The notes: a model not told the origin generated them from the sequence alone. A stretch of 64,000 nucleotides of DNA from Candidatus Onthoplasma sp. (GCA_965646995.1 CBFGBH010000002.1:75953-139952), one strand, 5' to 3'; shown: positions 27,694 to 37,479, numbered from the stretch's first letter. Numbers and translations: made by a program.

Positions 27694-27722
27694 AAAATAT
27701 TGACATGTTGTCAATATTTTTT
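27694..27722. terminator. Bidirectional terminator (27121 gene on plus, trmD on minus)
   Basis: 9-bp stem ATATTGACA / TGTCAATAT, 3-nt loop, A-run before and T-run after. Confidence 0.75.
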
Positions 27723-27777
27723 CTTCTTTACATTGTTGCATTTTTGGCATCTAGAATTAACATCTCAAAAATTTATA

Positions 27778-28443
27778 TTATTTTTTCATTAAATCAGGAC
27801 GATTTTTTTTCGTGATTTTGATAGACTCAGATTTCCTATACTCTTCTATTTTCTTATGGTTACCACTTAATAATATTTTGGGTACAGCCATATCTCGATA
27901 GATCGCTGGACGAGTGTATTGATTGTATTCGAGTAGTCCATCAGAAAAACTCTCATCAAGTGTGCTTTCTTCTCTAATCACACCAGGTACAAGTCTAAGT
28001 ACAGCATCTGCTACCACCATTGCTGGCAGTTCGCCACCAGTTAGAACATAGTCGCCGATAGACAATTCTTCTATATTAAAATAGTCAATCACACGCTGGT
28101 CGATACCTTCATAGTGTCCACACAGTAGGATAATATGTGAGAGTTTCGCTAGTTCACGAGCGATAGCCTGTGTGAAGGTTTTACCACGAGGGGACATATA
28201 AAATATTTTACTTTTTTCAGTTTTTACGCTCTCGATAGCCTTAAACAATGGGTCACACAACATGACCATTCCTGCCCCACCACCGAATGGCTCATCATCG
28301 CATTTATAGTGCGGTGGGAGTGCAAAATCGCGAATGTTGATGATATTTATCTCTACTACACCATTCTCAACGGCACGCTTAATAATGCTCTCCTTTAGGG
28401 GAGCAAACATGTCTGGGAAAAGTGTCAATATATCTATTCTCAT
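27778..28443 (-). CDS. trmD: tRNA (guanine37-N1)-methyltransferase
   Basis: MRIDILTLFPDMF start and the typical TrmD trefoil-knot region. Overlaps the rimM stop. Confidence 0.95.
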   Translation of the reverse strand: MRIDILTLFPDMFAPLKESIIKRAVENGVVEINIINIRDFALPPHYKCDDEPFGGGAGMVMLCDPLFKAIESVKTEKSKIFYMSPRGKTFTQAIARELAKLSHIILLCGHYEGIDQRVIDYFNIEELSIGDYVLTGGELPAMVVADAVLRLVPGVIREESTLDESFSDGLLEYNQYTRPAIYRDMAVPKILLSGNHKKIEEYRKSESIKITKKNRPDLMKK

Positions 28444-28940
28444 ATGCGATTATCCTTAAATGTCTGCTCATTGACTATAAAAGCATCTTTTGAACTATCG
28501 TACTCTATTAATTCATCTACATAAGGGAATGAATAACTAGCAAAACCACATTTGATACTTAAAATAACACTCGCACCATAATCATCATAGTCTAATAATT
28601 CGCCGAGTTTTTCTCCTTTCTCGTTAATGACAGGTTTACCTATCAAATCAGACAAGTACACTTTATCTTCAAATTCGGTATACTCTGCTCTATCTATATA
28701 TATAGATTGATTGCGATATTTCTCTGCTGTATCAATATCTTTGATAATATCGACATAGACAATATACATATCATTATTGAGAGATGAGACAGATTTAATA
28801 TTGGCAGATTCTTTTTTATTACCGATATAGATACGTCTAAATATAGAAAAATTCACGCCATCTAAGTAAGACATGATTTTAACTGCTCCCTTGATGCCGT
28901 GAGTACGCACAATTTTACCTATCTCTAGAAAATTTTGCAT
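28440..28940 (-). CDS. rimM: 16S rRNA processing protein RimM
   Basis: IGKIVRTHGIKGAVKI N-terminus. rpsP-KH-rimM-trmD order. Confidence 0.85.
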   Translation of the reverse strand: MQNFLEIGKIVRTHGIKGAVKIMSYLDGVNFSIFRRIYIGNKKESANIKSVSSLNNDMYIVYVDIIKDIDTAEKYRNQSIYIDRAEYTEFEDKVYLSDLIGKPVINEKGEKLGELLDYDDYGASVILSIKCGFASYSFPYVDELIEYDSSKDAFIVNEQTFKDNRI

Positions 28941-28951
28941 GATATTTCCTT

Positions 28952-29182
28952 TTATTTCGCGTCGAATTTGATAACTAAACGCTCTTTGCTATCATTAGTA
29001 GACCTAACAACAGTCCTAATAGCGTTAGCAATACATCCGCCACGACCAATGACACTACCTAGGTCTTTCTCAGCCACCGTAACTTTGAACACCTTGGTCT
29101 TGCCCTGCTGATCAAGAGTAACCTCCACTTCGTCAGGAGAAGAGACTAGATTCTTGACAATGTAATTTAACATCTCTTGCAT
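28952..29182 (-). CDS. KH-domain RNA-binding protein (YlqC/UPF0109)
   Basis: 76 aa. KH GxxG motif VIGRGGCIANAIRTV. Follows rpsP. Confidence 0.85.
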   Translation of the reverse strand: MQEMLNYIVKNLVSSPDEVEVTLDQQGKTKVFKVTVAEKDLGSVIGRGGCIANAIRTVVRSTNDSKERLVIKFDAK

Positions 29183-29192
29183 AGTCTACTCC

Positions 29193-29486
29193 TTATGCTT
29201 TCTTTTTCTTATTATTAGTCTTAGGCACACTGTTACCCTTAACCTCTAATACACCTGCTCTAACGAGAAGTGTCTTAGCTGTCTCAGTAGGTTGAGCACC
29301 ATTCTTTAGCCATTTCTTTGCTAGATCATTATTGATTTTAATCTCGGCTGGATTAGTAAGCGGATTGTATGTACCAATCTGCTCGATATATTTACCATCA
29401 CGAGCTACTCTAGCATCAGCTACTACCACACGGTAGAATGGAGACTTCTTGTCACCTAAACGAGTTAATCTGATTTTAACTGCCAT
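29193..29486 (-). CDS. rpsP: 30S ribosomal protein S16
   Basis: [26 protein letters not shown] is typical of S16. Confidence 0.95.
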   Translation of the reverse strand: MAVKIRLTRLGDKKSPFYRVVVADARVARDGKYIEQIGTYNPLTNPAEIKINNDLAKKWLKNGAQPTETAKTLLVRAGVLEVKGNSVPKTNNKKKKA

Positions 29487-29650
29487 AATTACTCCTTTTT
29501 ATTTTACTTTACATTACCTACATCTTAAAAGAGTTAATGAAATGCTCTTTTAATGTGCAGGAACAAACAAATCTAGGCTTGTGTTTGCTTTATTTAATAG
29601 CAAACCAGCAAAGTTACTGTTTGTAATAATGTAAAGCAATTTCACTTTAC
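29487..29650 (-). promoter_or_regulatory. Long (~165 nt) structured rpsP operon leader
   Basis: Hairpins GUAAAG/CUUUAC, GUUUGCU/AGCAAAC, CAAACA/UGUUUG and AAAAGAG/CUCUUUU. CUUUACAUUA can also pair with UAAUGUAAAG just upstream of the SD. Confidence 0.45.
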
Positions 29651-29679
29651 ATGTTAACATATAAAAATTGATTTGTAAA
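29651..29679 (-). promoter_or_regulatory. rpsP operon promoter
   Basis: -35 TTTACA (29679..29674), 17-nt spacer, TGT-TAACAT (29656..29651). Confidence 0.6.
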
Positions 29680-29719
29680 GGGTTTTTAATAAAATTTTTA
29701 TAATTAATTTCTGATAAGT

Positions 29720-29747
29720 TTGTTTTTTTGAAAATATATGCTAAACT
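29720..29747 (+). promoter_or_regulatory. Promoter positioned for a leaderless histidine-phosphatase transcript
   Basis: -35 TTGTTT, 16-nt spacer, TGC-TAAACT (29742..29747), 6 nt (TAGATT), then ATG at 29754. No SD. Confidence 0.5.
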
Positions 29748-29753
29748 TAGATT

Positions 29754-30263
29754 ATGAGAATAATATTATTTAGACATGGCGAACGTGTAGGAGATAAGTT
29801 AACTAGACTGGGTAAAATTCATGTAAAGTTAGCTAGTAATCAAATTAAAGAATTTAATATAGTACATGTATACTGCTCACCTATGAATAGATGCCTTGAG
29901 ACTGCAAACATATTAAAAAAATATGCCAACTTACCCGAATACGAAGTGCGTAACGAACTCACAGAACGATGGCAATTAGGTCATACACCTATTAATGAAG
30001 ATGAGAAATTATGGTGGCAGAACTATATGAACTATGACTTCCCACATTCTAATGTTGGAGAGAATTGTCGTGAATATATTGAAAGAAATAGTAAAATCTT
30101 CAATGAAATCAAAAATAGATTTAATAAAAACGATGATATATTGATAGTAGCACACACTGCTACTGCCTATGCCCTGCTTAGTTTCGCTGAGAATAAGCAA
30201 TCAGGTGAGATAAAGTGGGTCAAAATCGGTAATGCCAATTATCTTTCCATTGAGATTAAATAA
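29754..30263 (+). CDS. Histidine phosphatase superfamily protein (phosphoglycerate-mutase-like)
   Basis: N-terminal RHGER catalytic motif (MRIILFRHGER) and a later VAHTAT histidine. Confidence 0.75.
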   Translation: MRIILFRHGERVGDKLTRLGKIHVKLASNQIKEFNIVHVYCSPMNRCLETANILKKYANLPEYEVRNELTERWQLGHTPINEDEKLWWQNYMNYDFPHSNVGENCREYIERNSKIFNEIKNRFNKNDDILIVAHTATAYALLSFAENKQSGEIKWVKIGNANYLSIEIK

Positions 30264-30293
30264 TGCTTTGTTAGTGAAAATAATGTTTTTATA

Positions 30294-30322
30294 TTGACAA
30301 ATATCTATATTTATATTATAAT
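30294..30322 (+). promoter_or_regulatory. Promoter of the 30354 orphan gene
   Basis: Perfect TTGACA, 17-nt spacer, TATAAT. RBS AGGAGG follows. Confidence 0.75.
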
Positions 30323-30353
30323 TAAGATAGATTTTGTTTAGGAGGATTAACTT

Positions 30354-30680
30354 ATGACTAAGAAAACTAAAAAAGAAGTAGTAGAGAAAAAATATAAAGA
30401 GTTTAATGTCAATCAATATGTAAAGGTGAAATTGAATAATCTAGGTGGTCAGATGTTTATAGACCATTGGACACAATTTATTTCTCAAGAACAGGCTTAT
30501 GATAGACTAAAGAGATATACAGACGAAAATGGATATACTGAGTTTCAAATGTATGAACTGGCAAACATATTCGGCTCTCAACTAGTAGCTGGGAAAGAAC
30601 CGCCATTTGATACCGTTATATTAATAGCTGAAAACGACTTAACGGACCATATAGTAGAAAACAAAAATGTAGGGCTATAA
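30354..30680 (+). CDS. Hypothetical protein (108 aa, Lys-rich N-terminus)
   Basis: Consensus promoter, strong RBS and terminator. No recognisable motif. Confidence 0.7.
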   Translation: MTKKTKKEVVEKKYKEFNVNQYVKVKLNNLGGQMFIDHWTQFISQEQAYDRLKRYTDENGYTEFQMYELANIFGSQLVAGKEPPFDTVILIAENDLTDHIVENKNVGL

Positions 30681-30706
30681 AAATAGGGTTTATTACCCTA
30701 TTTTTT
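30681..30706. terminator. Bidirectional terminator (30354 gene on plus, ffh on minus)
   Basis: Stem ATAGGGT / ACCCTAT, 5-nt loop, A-run before and T6 after. Confidence 0.75.
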
Positions 30707-30753
30707 AATTACATCTTTAGATTTTTACACTCCGTTTAAGTGTAAAATGGAGT

Positions 30754-32106
30754 CTAAAATCCTCCACCCATTAAGTTCTTCATCATTTTCATCTTTCCAC
30801 CATAAGCCTTTGGATTTTTCATCATACGCATCATCTCTTTTGACTGATTGAATTGTTTGATGAGGTTATTGACATCGCTGACTTGGACTCCGGCACCTTT
30901 AGCTATACGCTGACGGCGACTACCATTAATTATGCTTGGGTCCTCTCGCTCTTTGGCGGTCATTGATTGGATGATAGCTTTATTCTTATCGAGCATTTTA
31001 TCATCAATCATATCCTCTATCTGTTTCATCTTACCACTGACGCCCGGCATCATTGATAAGACTGACTTTAATCCGCCCATTTTTTTAAGTGAATTGACCT
31101 GCTCAATATAGTCATTAAGGTCAAAACTATTCTCTCTGAACTTACGCTCCATTTCTTGAGCTGTCTTTTCGTCCATCGCCTCTTGTGCTTTATCAATAAG
31201 AGACAAGACATCTCCCATACCTAGTATTCGAGATGCCATTCTGTCTGGATAGAATGGCTCTAGATCGGTCAACTTCTCGCCCACACCGACGAATTTAATA
31301 GGTTTACCGATGACTGAACGAATAGACAATGCAGCACCGCCACGAGTGTCGCCGTCAATCTTGGTAAGTACTACTCCCGTGACATCTAGTGCGTCATTGA
31401 ATGCTTTTGATACCGACACTGCCTCCTGACCTATCATTGAGTCTATGACGAGTAGGATTTCGGTAGGATTGATTGCTTTCTTGATGTCCTTTAATTCGTC
31501 CATCAATTTTTCATCAATCTGAAGTCGTCCAGCGGTATCAATTATGACTGTATCAAGTGCAAACTTCTCTGCATAAGTGATAGCTTCTTTAGTAGTCTTA
31601 ACTGGATTCTGTGTGCCACGCTCAAAAACATCGAGTTGAATAGATTTACCTAATACCTTTAATTGCTCTATAGCAGCAGGTCGATATATGTCACATGCTA
31701 CGAGCAATGGTTTTTTGCCTTCCTTTTTTAATTTAAGTGCTAATTTACCGCAAAGAGTAGTCTTACCACTACCCTGCAATCCACACATCATGATAACTGT
31801 AGGAGGTTTCGGAGATACGAGTAATCTTTGGTTCTCTCCACCCATTAGTTTGGTCAATTCGTCGCGTACGATTTTGATAACTTGCTGAGTTGGTGTAAGA
31901 CTTTTTAAAATATCTTCCCCTACTGCGAGTTCACTGACCTTAGCAATAAAATCTTTAGCCACAGCATAATTGACATCTGCCTCCAGTAGAGCCATACGAA
32001 TCTCACGCATAGCTTCTTTAATCTCCAGAGCAGTCAATTTGCCATGCTTAGTCATCTTGCTAAATATATGATTAAGTCTCTCAGACAAACTAGAAAATAC
32101 TGACAT
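30754..32106 (-). CDS. ffh: Signal recognition particle protein Ffh
   Basis: GLQGSGKTT and DTAGRL motifs, Met-rich M-domain tail. Confidence 0.95.
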   Translation of the reverse strand: MSVFSSLSERLNHIFSKMTKHGKLTALEIKEAMREIRMALLEADVNYAVAKDFIAKVSELAVGEDILKSLTPTQQVIKIVRDELTKLMGGENQRLLVSPKPPTVIMMCGLQGSGKTTLCGKLALKLKKEGKKPLLVACDIYRPAAIEQLKVLGKSIQLDVFERGTQNPVKTTKEAITYAEKFALDTVIIDTAGRLQIDEKLMDELKDIKKAINPTEILLVIDSMIGQEAVSVSKAFNDALDVTGVVLTKIDGDTRGGAALSIRSVIGKPIKFVGVGEKLTDLEPFYPDRMASRILGMGDVLSLIDKAQEAMDEKTAQEMERKFRENSFDLNDYIEQVNSLKKMGGLKSVLSMMPGVSGKMKQIEDMIDDKMLDKNKAIIQSMTAKEREDPSIINGSRRQRIAKGAGVQVSDVNNLIKQFNQSKEMMRMMKNPKAYGGKMKMMKNLMGGGF

Positions 32107-32426
32107 TAATTATCCTCCAAGATAGAAATAATCTGTAATCTGGTCACCATATCTATCTCTTTAGGTGACTTTTCCTCTATTAGTGATTTGATTCTATCAT
32201 CTCTCTTTATAAAATGCAAGAGATCTTCATGTGTTTGCAGTTGCTCTATCGCGTTATCTAGAGCATCTTTCACTGCCTGACGAGAAATATTTAATTCAGT
32301 ACTTACTTCTGCAAGCGAAAGATTATTATCGACATACATGACTATAACTTGTCTCTGTCTATCAGTCAATAATCTTCCATAATACTTATTAAGTATAGCG
32401 ATTCTAACGCGTTCTTCTAGATTCAT
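32106..32426 (-). CDS. ylxM: YlxM/UPF0122 helix-turn-helix protein
   Basis: 106 aa. YYGRLLTDRQRQVI...LSLAEVSTELNISRQAV. Precedes ffh as in Bacillus. Confidence 0.85.
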   Translation of the reverse strand: MNLEERVRIAILNKYYGRLLTDRQRQVIVMYVDNNLSLAEVSTELNISRQAVKDALDNAIEQLQTHEDLLHFIKRDDRIKSLIEEKSPKEIDMVTRLQIISILEDN

Positions 32427-32442
32427 TATTTTCCCTTTATGT

Positions 32443-33306
32443 TTAATATAAAATCTTCTCTACAAAACGAACAGGGTCAAACACATCTAGGTCATCCACC
32501 CCCTCTCCGAAGCCTGTGAATATGATAGGAACATTAAGTTCATTAATGATAGGATAGACCACTCCGCCTTTTGCTGTACCATCAAGTTTAGTGAGTATTA
32601 TCCCGTCAATATTTACGCTATCTTTAAAGGCTTTCACTTGAGCTATTGAATTCTGACCGATTGAAGCATCTAACACTATCAAATTAAGTTTAGTAGCTTC
32701 CGGATATTCTCGATTTGAAATATTACTAATCTTCTCTAACTCTTTCATTAGATTTGTCTTAGTGTGCAATCTACCTGCTGTATCTACTATCAAAACATCT
32801 GTATTCTTTGCCTTCATGCTAGTGATAGCATCATAAACTACTGCTGCAGAGTCTGCACCTTCGCCCTGCTTAACTATCTTTACTTTTAATTTATCTGCCC
32901 AGTTAGATAATTGTTCTGTCGCGGCTGCACGGAAAGTGTCTCCGGCCGCAAGCAAAACAGACTTTTTCTCTCGCAAGAAATATTTAGTCATCTTAGCAAT
33001 AGAGGTGGTTTTACCCACTCCATTGACACCTACTATTGTAATAATGAGCGGATAATTAAAATCAATTTCTTCTACATTTAATTTCTCTATCAATAGATTC
33101 TTTAATTCTATCTGTGCTTTGTCTACTTCTTTTATTAGTTTACTCTTGCATATATCTCTTAGTTCATCCATTATCTCCATAGCAGTCTCTATGCCCATGT
33201 CCGAAGAAACAAGTATAGACTCTAATTCATCATAAAAGTCATCATCTAATTCTGTTTTCTTAAAAGTATATTTAAGTTTTTCAAAAAATTTTTTAAATAT
33301 TCCCAT
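32443..33306 (-). CDS. ftsY: Signal recognition particle receptor FtsY (short form)
   Basis: GVNGVGKTT, DTAGRLH and TKLDGTAKGG motifs. Confidence 0.93.
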   Translation of the reverse strand: MGIFKKFFEKLKYTFKKTELDDDFYDELESILVSSDMGIETAMEIMDELRDICKSKLIKEVDKAQIELKNLLIEKLNVEEIDFNYPLIITIVGVNGVGKTTSIAKMTKYFLREKKSVLLAAGDTFRAAATEQLSNWADKLKVKIVKQGEGADSAAVVYDAITSMKAKNTDVLIVDTAGRLHTKTNLMKELEKISNISNREYPEATKLNLIVLDASIGQNSIAQVKAFKDSVNIDGIILTKLDGTAKGGVVYPIINELNVPIIFTGFGEGVDDLDVFDPVRFVEKILY

Positions 33307-33364
33307 ACTAATTTCCTACTATATGTTGTGTAATTATTTACGAAGCTACCGATTTTATAGCATA

Positions 33365-36300
33365 TTAATTTTCATTGTCGTTATCTACTACCTTCACTGC
33401 ATCTGATAATTTAACTGAGACTATTTTACTAACACCTTTTTCTTCCATAGTCACACCATACAATGAATCTGCCAATTCCATAGTTGGTTTTCTGTGAGTG
33501 ATGACGATGAATTGAGTATCATTACTAAATCTCTTTAGATACCTCGCATATCTCTCAATATTCGCATCATCTAGAGCCGCCTCTATCTCGTCTAAGAAAC
33601 AGAACGGCATTGGCTTTAATTTCAGGATTGCGAATAGGATTGCGATAGCGGTCATTGTCTTCTCTCCACCACTTAGTAGCATAATTGATTGCAATACTTT
33701 GCCCGGTGGTTGAGCAATAATTTCGACACCTGCGGTAAGTGGGTCTTCACTAGGAAGCAACTCAAGTCTAGCATTACCACCGCCAAAGAGTTCTTTGAAT
33801 ACTTTGGTAAAGTTCTCTTGAATTTTTGCAAATTCGGCATTGAATTGTCCAAGCATCTCTTTAGACAGGTCTGCGATAATTTTAACAGCATCTTCTTCGG
33901 CCTTCTTTAAGTCCTCTACTTGAACGCTCATCTCTTCATATCTAGCGCCTTCGCTCTTATACTCTTCTATCGCATTTACATTAACATAGCCAAGAGAAGT
34001 AATCTGAGCTTTTGTCCTACTGATTTTAATCATCACATCTTTGATATCAAATTCATCATCTTGGTTCTTGAATGGAAGGCAGTCATTATAAGTCATCTCG
34101 TATTCTTCGTAAATTCGCTCTTGCATTGTCTCAATATCAGTATCAACTTTTTGTAACTTGGTCTCTTCTTGATATATTTTGTTATTCAATCGTGCGATTT
34201 CATTATTTAGTTCAGATTTTTTATCATCCAACTCTTTTAATTCTTTCATTAATGACTGTTTAAATACATCGAATTGAGATAATTTATTATTCAAGTCATC
34301 CAACTCCAATCTGATAGTCTCGGTCTCTCTGTCTTCAGATTTAGCACGATTTATTTGCATTGCTTCGTCATAAACGCGCTGTTGACTATTAAGTTCGTTC
34401 TGTACAGACTCTATAGATTTCTTGACATTGGCAATCTCTATTTTATAAGTCTCAATATCACGATTAAGCGAACGAATCTTCTCTTCAGTAGAAGCAATTT
34501 TAACCTTTGAACTAGTCAGAGATTCTTGATATTCGTCTCTTCTCTGCTTTAATTCTTCGTACGCCGTCTTGGTCTCATCTGTAGTCTTGCTCTTATCTCG
34601 AGAGACTGTATAGTCTAGTTCTGTCTTATCTATAGAATTAATCTTTGAATTTAATTCATTAATTATATTCTCTCCTACAGCAATCTGACTCTTTAGCGAG
34701 AAGATATCCTCTTCCATACCATCAAGATTTTGTTTGATGCTATCTAGGCGAGTATGTTTAGTATAATATTCATTATTGACTGATTGTAGTGAATTCGTCT
34801 CAGTAGATAACATTACTTTAAGTTTATTCAAAGCATCAATATATTGAGTGAGCTGTTGCTCGGCAGTCTTTAATTCAGCTGAACGCTCTTCAATATTCTT
34901 GGTTAAAGCTTTGATTTCATTTTCTTTACCTAAAAGTGAACTTTCTTTACTCTTCTTGCTACCGCCCGACATGCTACCTTGTGGAGTTAATATATCACCC
35001 TCTAGTGTCACGATTCTAAATGAATAACCACTGCGTTTGGCTAAGATTACAGCATTATTAAGATTGTCACAAACAACAGTTGAACCAAGCAAACTATCTA
35101 TAATTGGTTTGAATTGAGTATCTACTTTCACTAAATCATTAGCCACACCGAAACAACCTGTAGATGAGAGTAAACTTCGCTCAGAAGAATTCAAATTCCT
35201 AATCTTAACAGCTGAGATAGGTAAGAATGTGGCTCTGCCTAAATTGGCATCCTTTAAATATTTGATTAGAACTTTGGCATCTTCTTCATCTTTTGTAATA
35301 ATATTTTGAATACTACCACCGAGAGCTATCTCTATAGCAGTCTGGAATTTAGGGTCTACACTGATGACATTACCCACCACTCCTTTGATAGCTGAATTGA
35401 GTCTTGGATTGTTTTTACCTTCTTGTAATAGTCTCTTAACTGCGAATTGGTAACCCTCAAAATCTGCTTGAAGGTTAGCTAAGATATTCTTTCTATTAGT
35501 ATCATTAGAAATACTGGTCTTGAGAGCATAAATTTGAGTATTAGCATTATCTATAGCCTGATTTACTGTATCTAATTTCGCATTAATCTTTGATATATTG
35601 CTCTCATGAGTCTGTATCTTTGATTGCAATGACTCAACTTCTAACTTAAGTGAATTATATTCTTTAGAGTTAGTGGATTGTTCGGTAGATAAATCTGATA
35701 ACTTTTTCTTATCTGACTGAATGTTCTCAAGTAAAGTATCTCGCTTAGCAATGTATGCCGATAGATTAGCCTTGATGTCTGTGAGCTTAGATAGATTGTC
35801 TATCATGGCACGCTGATTTTCTTCTTTTTCGCCTTCACTCTTGGTCAATTCATCTATTAAATTTAAATATTTACTAGAAATCTCTTGCGATTGAAGATAT
35901 AGCGTATGTAAATTGGCATTCTCTTCGTCACGCATAGCGGTGGCGGAATTCACAAGAGCAACTCTCTGATTTAAGTCTAGATTATACGCATTTAACTGAT
36001 TCGTCAGTCTATCTATCTGCTCTTTTAGATATCTAGTCTGCTCATTTAATAATCTACTATCACTCTGTTTCTTCTCTAATGCAACTGTATTGACTAGGAC
36101 TTTTTCGTGAAGTTCACTAGCTTTTTTGTCTAACTGATTAATTTCATTAAGTGATTTGTCATATTTCGCCTGCTCAGTCTCAAGGCTATTCGTCAAAATA
36201 TTAAGGTTATCATTATAACCCTGTAATTTCACATTAATATCTTGCTTGGTCTGGGCTGCGTGGTCGTATTGATAGATATATGCGTTAATCTCGAGATTCT

Positions 36301-36970
36301 TCAGTATCTCACGATATTCTAAATATTTTTTCGCATCTTCGCTTTGGCGTTTCAATGGCCCAAGCCTACGCTCCACTTCGCTCATAATGTCGCCTGCACG
36401 ACTCAAATTGTCACGCACACGAGCAAGTCTATTCTCTGTCTCGACTTTACGAGCCTTATATTTAGCGATACCTGCTGCCTCCTCGAATATAGCTCGTCTA
36501 TCTTCTGGCTTGGACTGAATAATCTCTTCTACTCGACCTTGACCGATAATAGAATATCCGTCCTTACCTATACCGCTATCATAAAGCAAGTCACGAATAT
36601 CTTTTAGTCTACAAGGCTTACGATTAATCATATAATCACTCTCGCCACTACGATATAATTTACGAGTGATGACTACTTCGTCATATTCGATATTAAACCA
36701 TTTATTAGTGTTATCAAAAACAAGTGAAACTTCGCAGTAGCTGAGTTTCTTTCTCTTCTCTGTCCCAGCAAAAATGACATCCTGCATGGACTTACCACGC
36801 AATGCCTTACTAGACTGCTCTCCTAATACCCAACGAATAGCATCACTAACATTAGATTTGCCACATCCGTTTGGCCCAACGATAGCAGTAATACCACCAT
36901 CAAAATTAATATGTGTATTGTCGGCAAAGGACTTAAATCCTGCCATCTCAATTTCTTTAAAAGTTATCAT
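33365..36970 (-). CDS. smc: Chromosome partition protein Smc
   Basis: 1201 aa. GPNGCGKSN Walker A, long coiled coils, hinge, LSGGEK signature, FCFLDEIEAALD Walker B. Confidence 0.95.
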   Translation of the reverse strand: MITFKEIEMAGFKSFADNTHINFDGGITAIVGPNGCGKSNVSDAIRWVLGEQSSKALRGKSMQDVIFAGTEKRKKLSYCEVSLVFDNTNKWFNIEYDEVVITRKLYRSGESDYMINRKPCRLKDIRDLLYDSGIGKDGYSIIGQGRVEEIIQSKPEDRRAIFEEAAGIAKYKARKVETENRLARVRDNLSRAGDIMSEVERRLGPLKRQSEDAKKYLEYREILKNLEINAYIYQYDHAAQTKQDINVKLQGYNDNLNILTNSLETEQAKYDKSLNEINQLDKKASELHEKVLVNTVALEKKQSDSRLLNEQTRYLKEQIDRLTNQLNAYNLDLNQRVALVNSATAMRDEENANLHTLYLQSQEISSKYLNLIDELTKSEGEKEENQRAMIDNLSKLTDIKANLSAYIAKRDTLLENIQSDKKKLSDLSTEQSTNSKEYNSLKLEVESLQSKIQTHESNISKINAKLDTVNQAIDNANTQIYALKTSISNDTNRKNILANLQADFEGYQFAVKRLLQEGKNNPRLNSAIKGVVGNVISVDPKFQTAIEIALGGSIQNIITKDEEDAKVLIKYLKDANLGRATFLPISAVKIRNLNSSERSLLSSTGCFGVANDLVKVDTQFKPIIDSLLGSTVVCDNLNNAVILAKRSGYSFRIVTLEGDILTPQGSMSGGSKKSKESSLLGKENEIKALTKNIEERSAELKTAEQQLTQYIDALNKLKVMLSTETNSLQSVNNEYYTKHTRLDSIKQNLDGMEEDIFSLKSQIAVGENIINELNSKINSIDKTELDYTVSRDKSKTTDETKTAYEELKQRRDEYQESLTSSKVKIASTEEKIRSLNRDIETYKIEIANVKKSIESVQNELNSQQRVYDEAMQINRAKSEDRETETIRLELDDLNNKLSQFDVFKQSLMKELKELDDKKSELNNEIARLNNKIYQEETKLQKVDTDIETMQERIYEEYEMTYNDCLPFKNQDDEFDIKDVMIKISRTKAQITSLGYVNVNAIEEYKSEGARYEEMSVQVEDLKKAEEDAVKIIADLSKEMLGQFNAEFAKIQENFTKVFKELFGGGNARLELLPSEDPLTAGVEIIAQPPGKVLQSIMLLSGGEKTMTAIAILFAILKLKPMPFCFLDEIEAALDDANIERYARYLKRFSNDTQFIVITHRKPTMELADSLYGVTMEEKGVSKIVSVKLSDAVKVVDNDNEN

Positions 36971-37101
36971 GTGTTCCCCATAAGTGAATAATCACTACAT
37001 AATGAATATATTATAACAAAATAGTAGACAAATCTCAAAACGATTTAAGCAACAAGCAGAAAAAAAGTCCACCATTATTTGGTAGACTATTATACTATCA
37101 A

Positions 37102-37479
37102 TTAGATACCTGAAATAATATCATTAATTTTAGAAGAGTCTTTATCTAGCTCATCTTTTTTAGCATTCCAGTATTTTTTGCATTCTTCTACATATTGTTT
37201 TCTTTTCGAAGGAGACAATTTACTTTTTATAAAATTTATATATTCTGTTATATCTATATTATGGAGTGGACATTGAGATCCCCACCATCTAATAACATAT
37301 GAATTAATATCAAAATCATAAAATCTATATATGATCGTATCCATAGGAGGTGGACAAGGCTTAATGTAATAATAACAAAAATTATTGTCTTCAGATTGTC
37401 CGTATTCTGCCCCACACTCATCAAGTTCTTGCTTCTCCATAAATTCTAGTATAATGTATTCATCTATATATTTAATCAT
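37102..37479 (-). CDS. Hypothetical protein (125 aa, Cys/Tyr/Trp-rich)
   Basis: RBS AAGGAG. Terminator-like hairpin downstream (~37062..37092). No recognisable motif. Confidence 0.6.
   Translation of the reverse strand: MIKYIDEYIILEFMEKQELDECGAEYGQSEDNNFCYYYIKPCPPPMDTIIYRFYDFDINSYVIRWWGSQCPLHNIDITEYINFIKSKLSPSKRKQYVEECKKYWNAKKDELDKDSSKINDIISGI

Noticed and set aside
30681-30706. Near-identical terminator stems AAAATAGGGT...TACCCTAT at 30681..30706 and 63560..63584, considered as copies of a dispersed repeat or MITE
   Set aside because: Identity is limited to the ~10-nt stem arms, the loops differ, and there are no flanking repeats. This is most simply convergent terminator hairpins.
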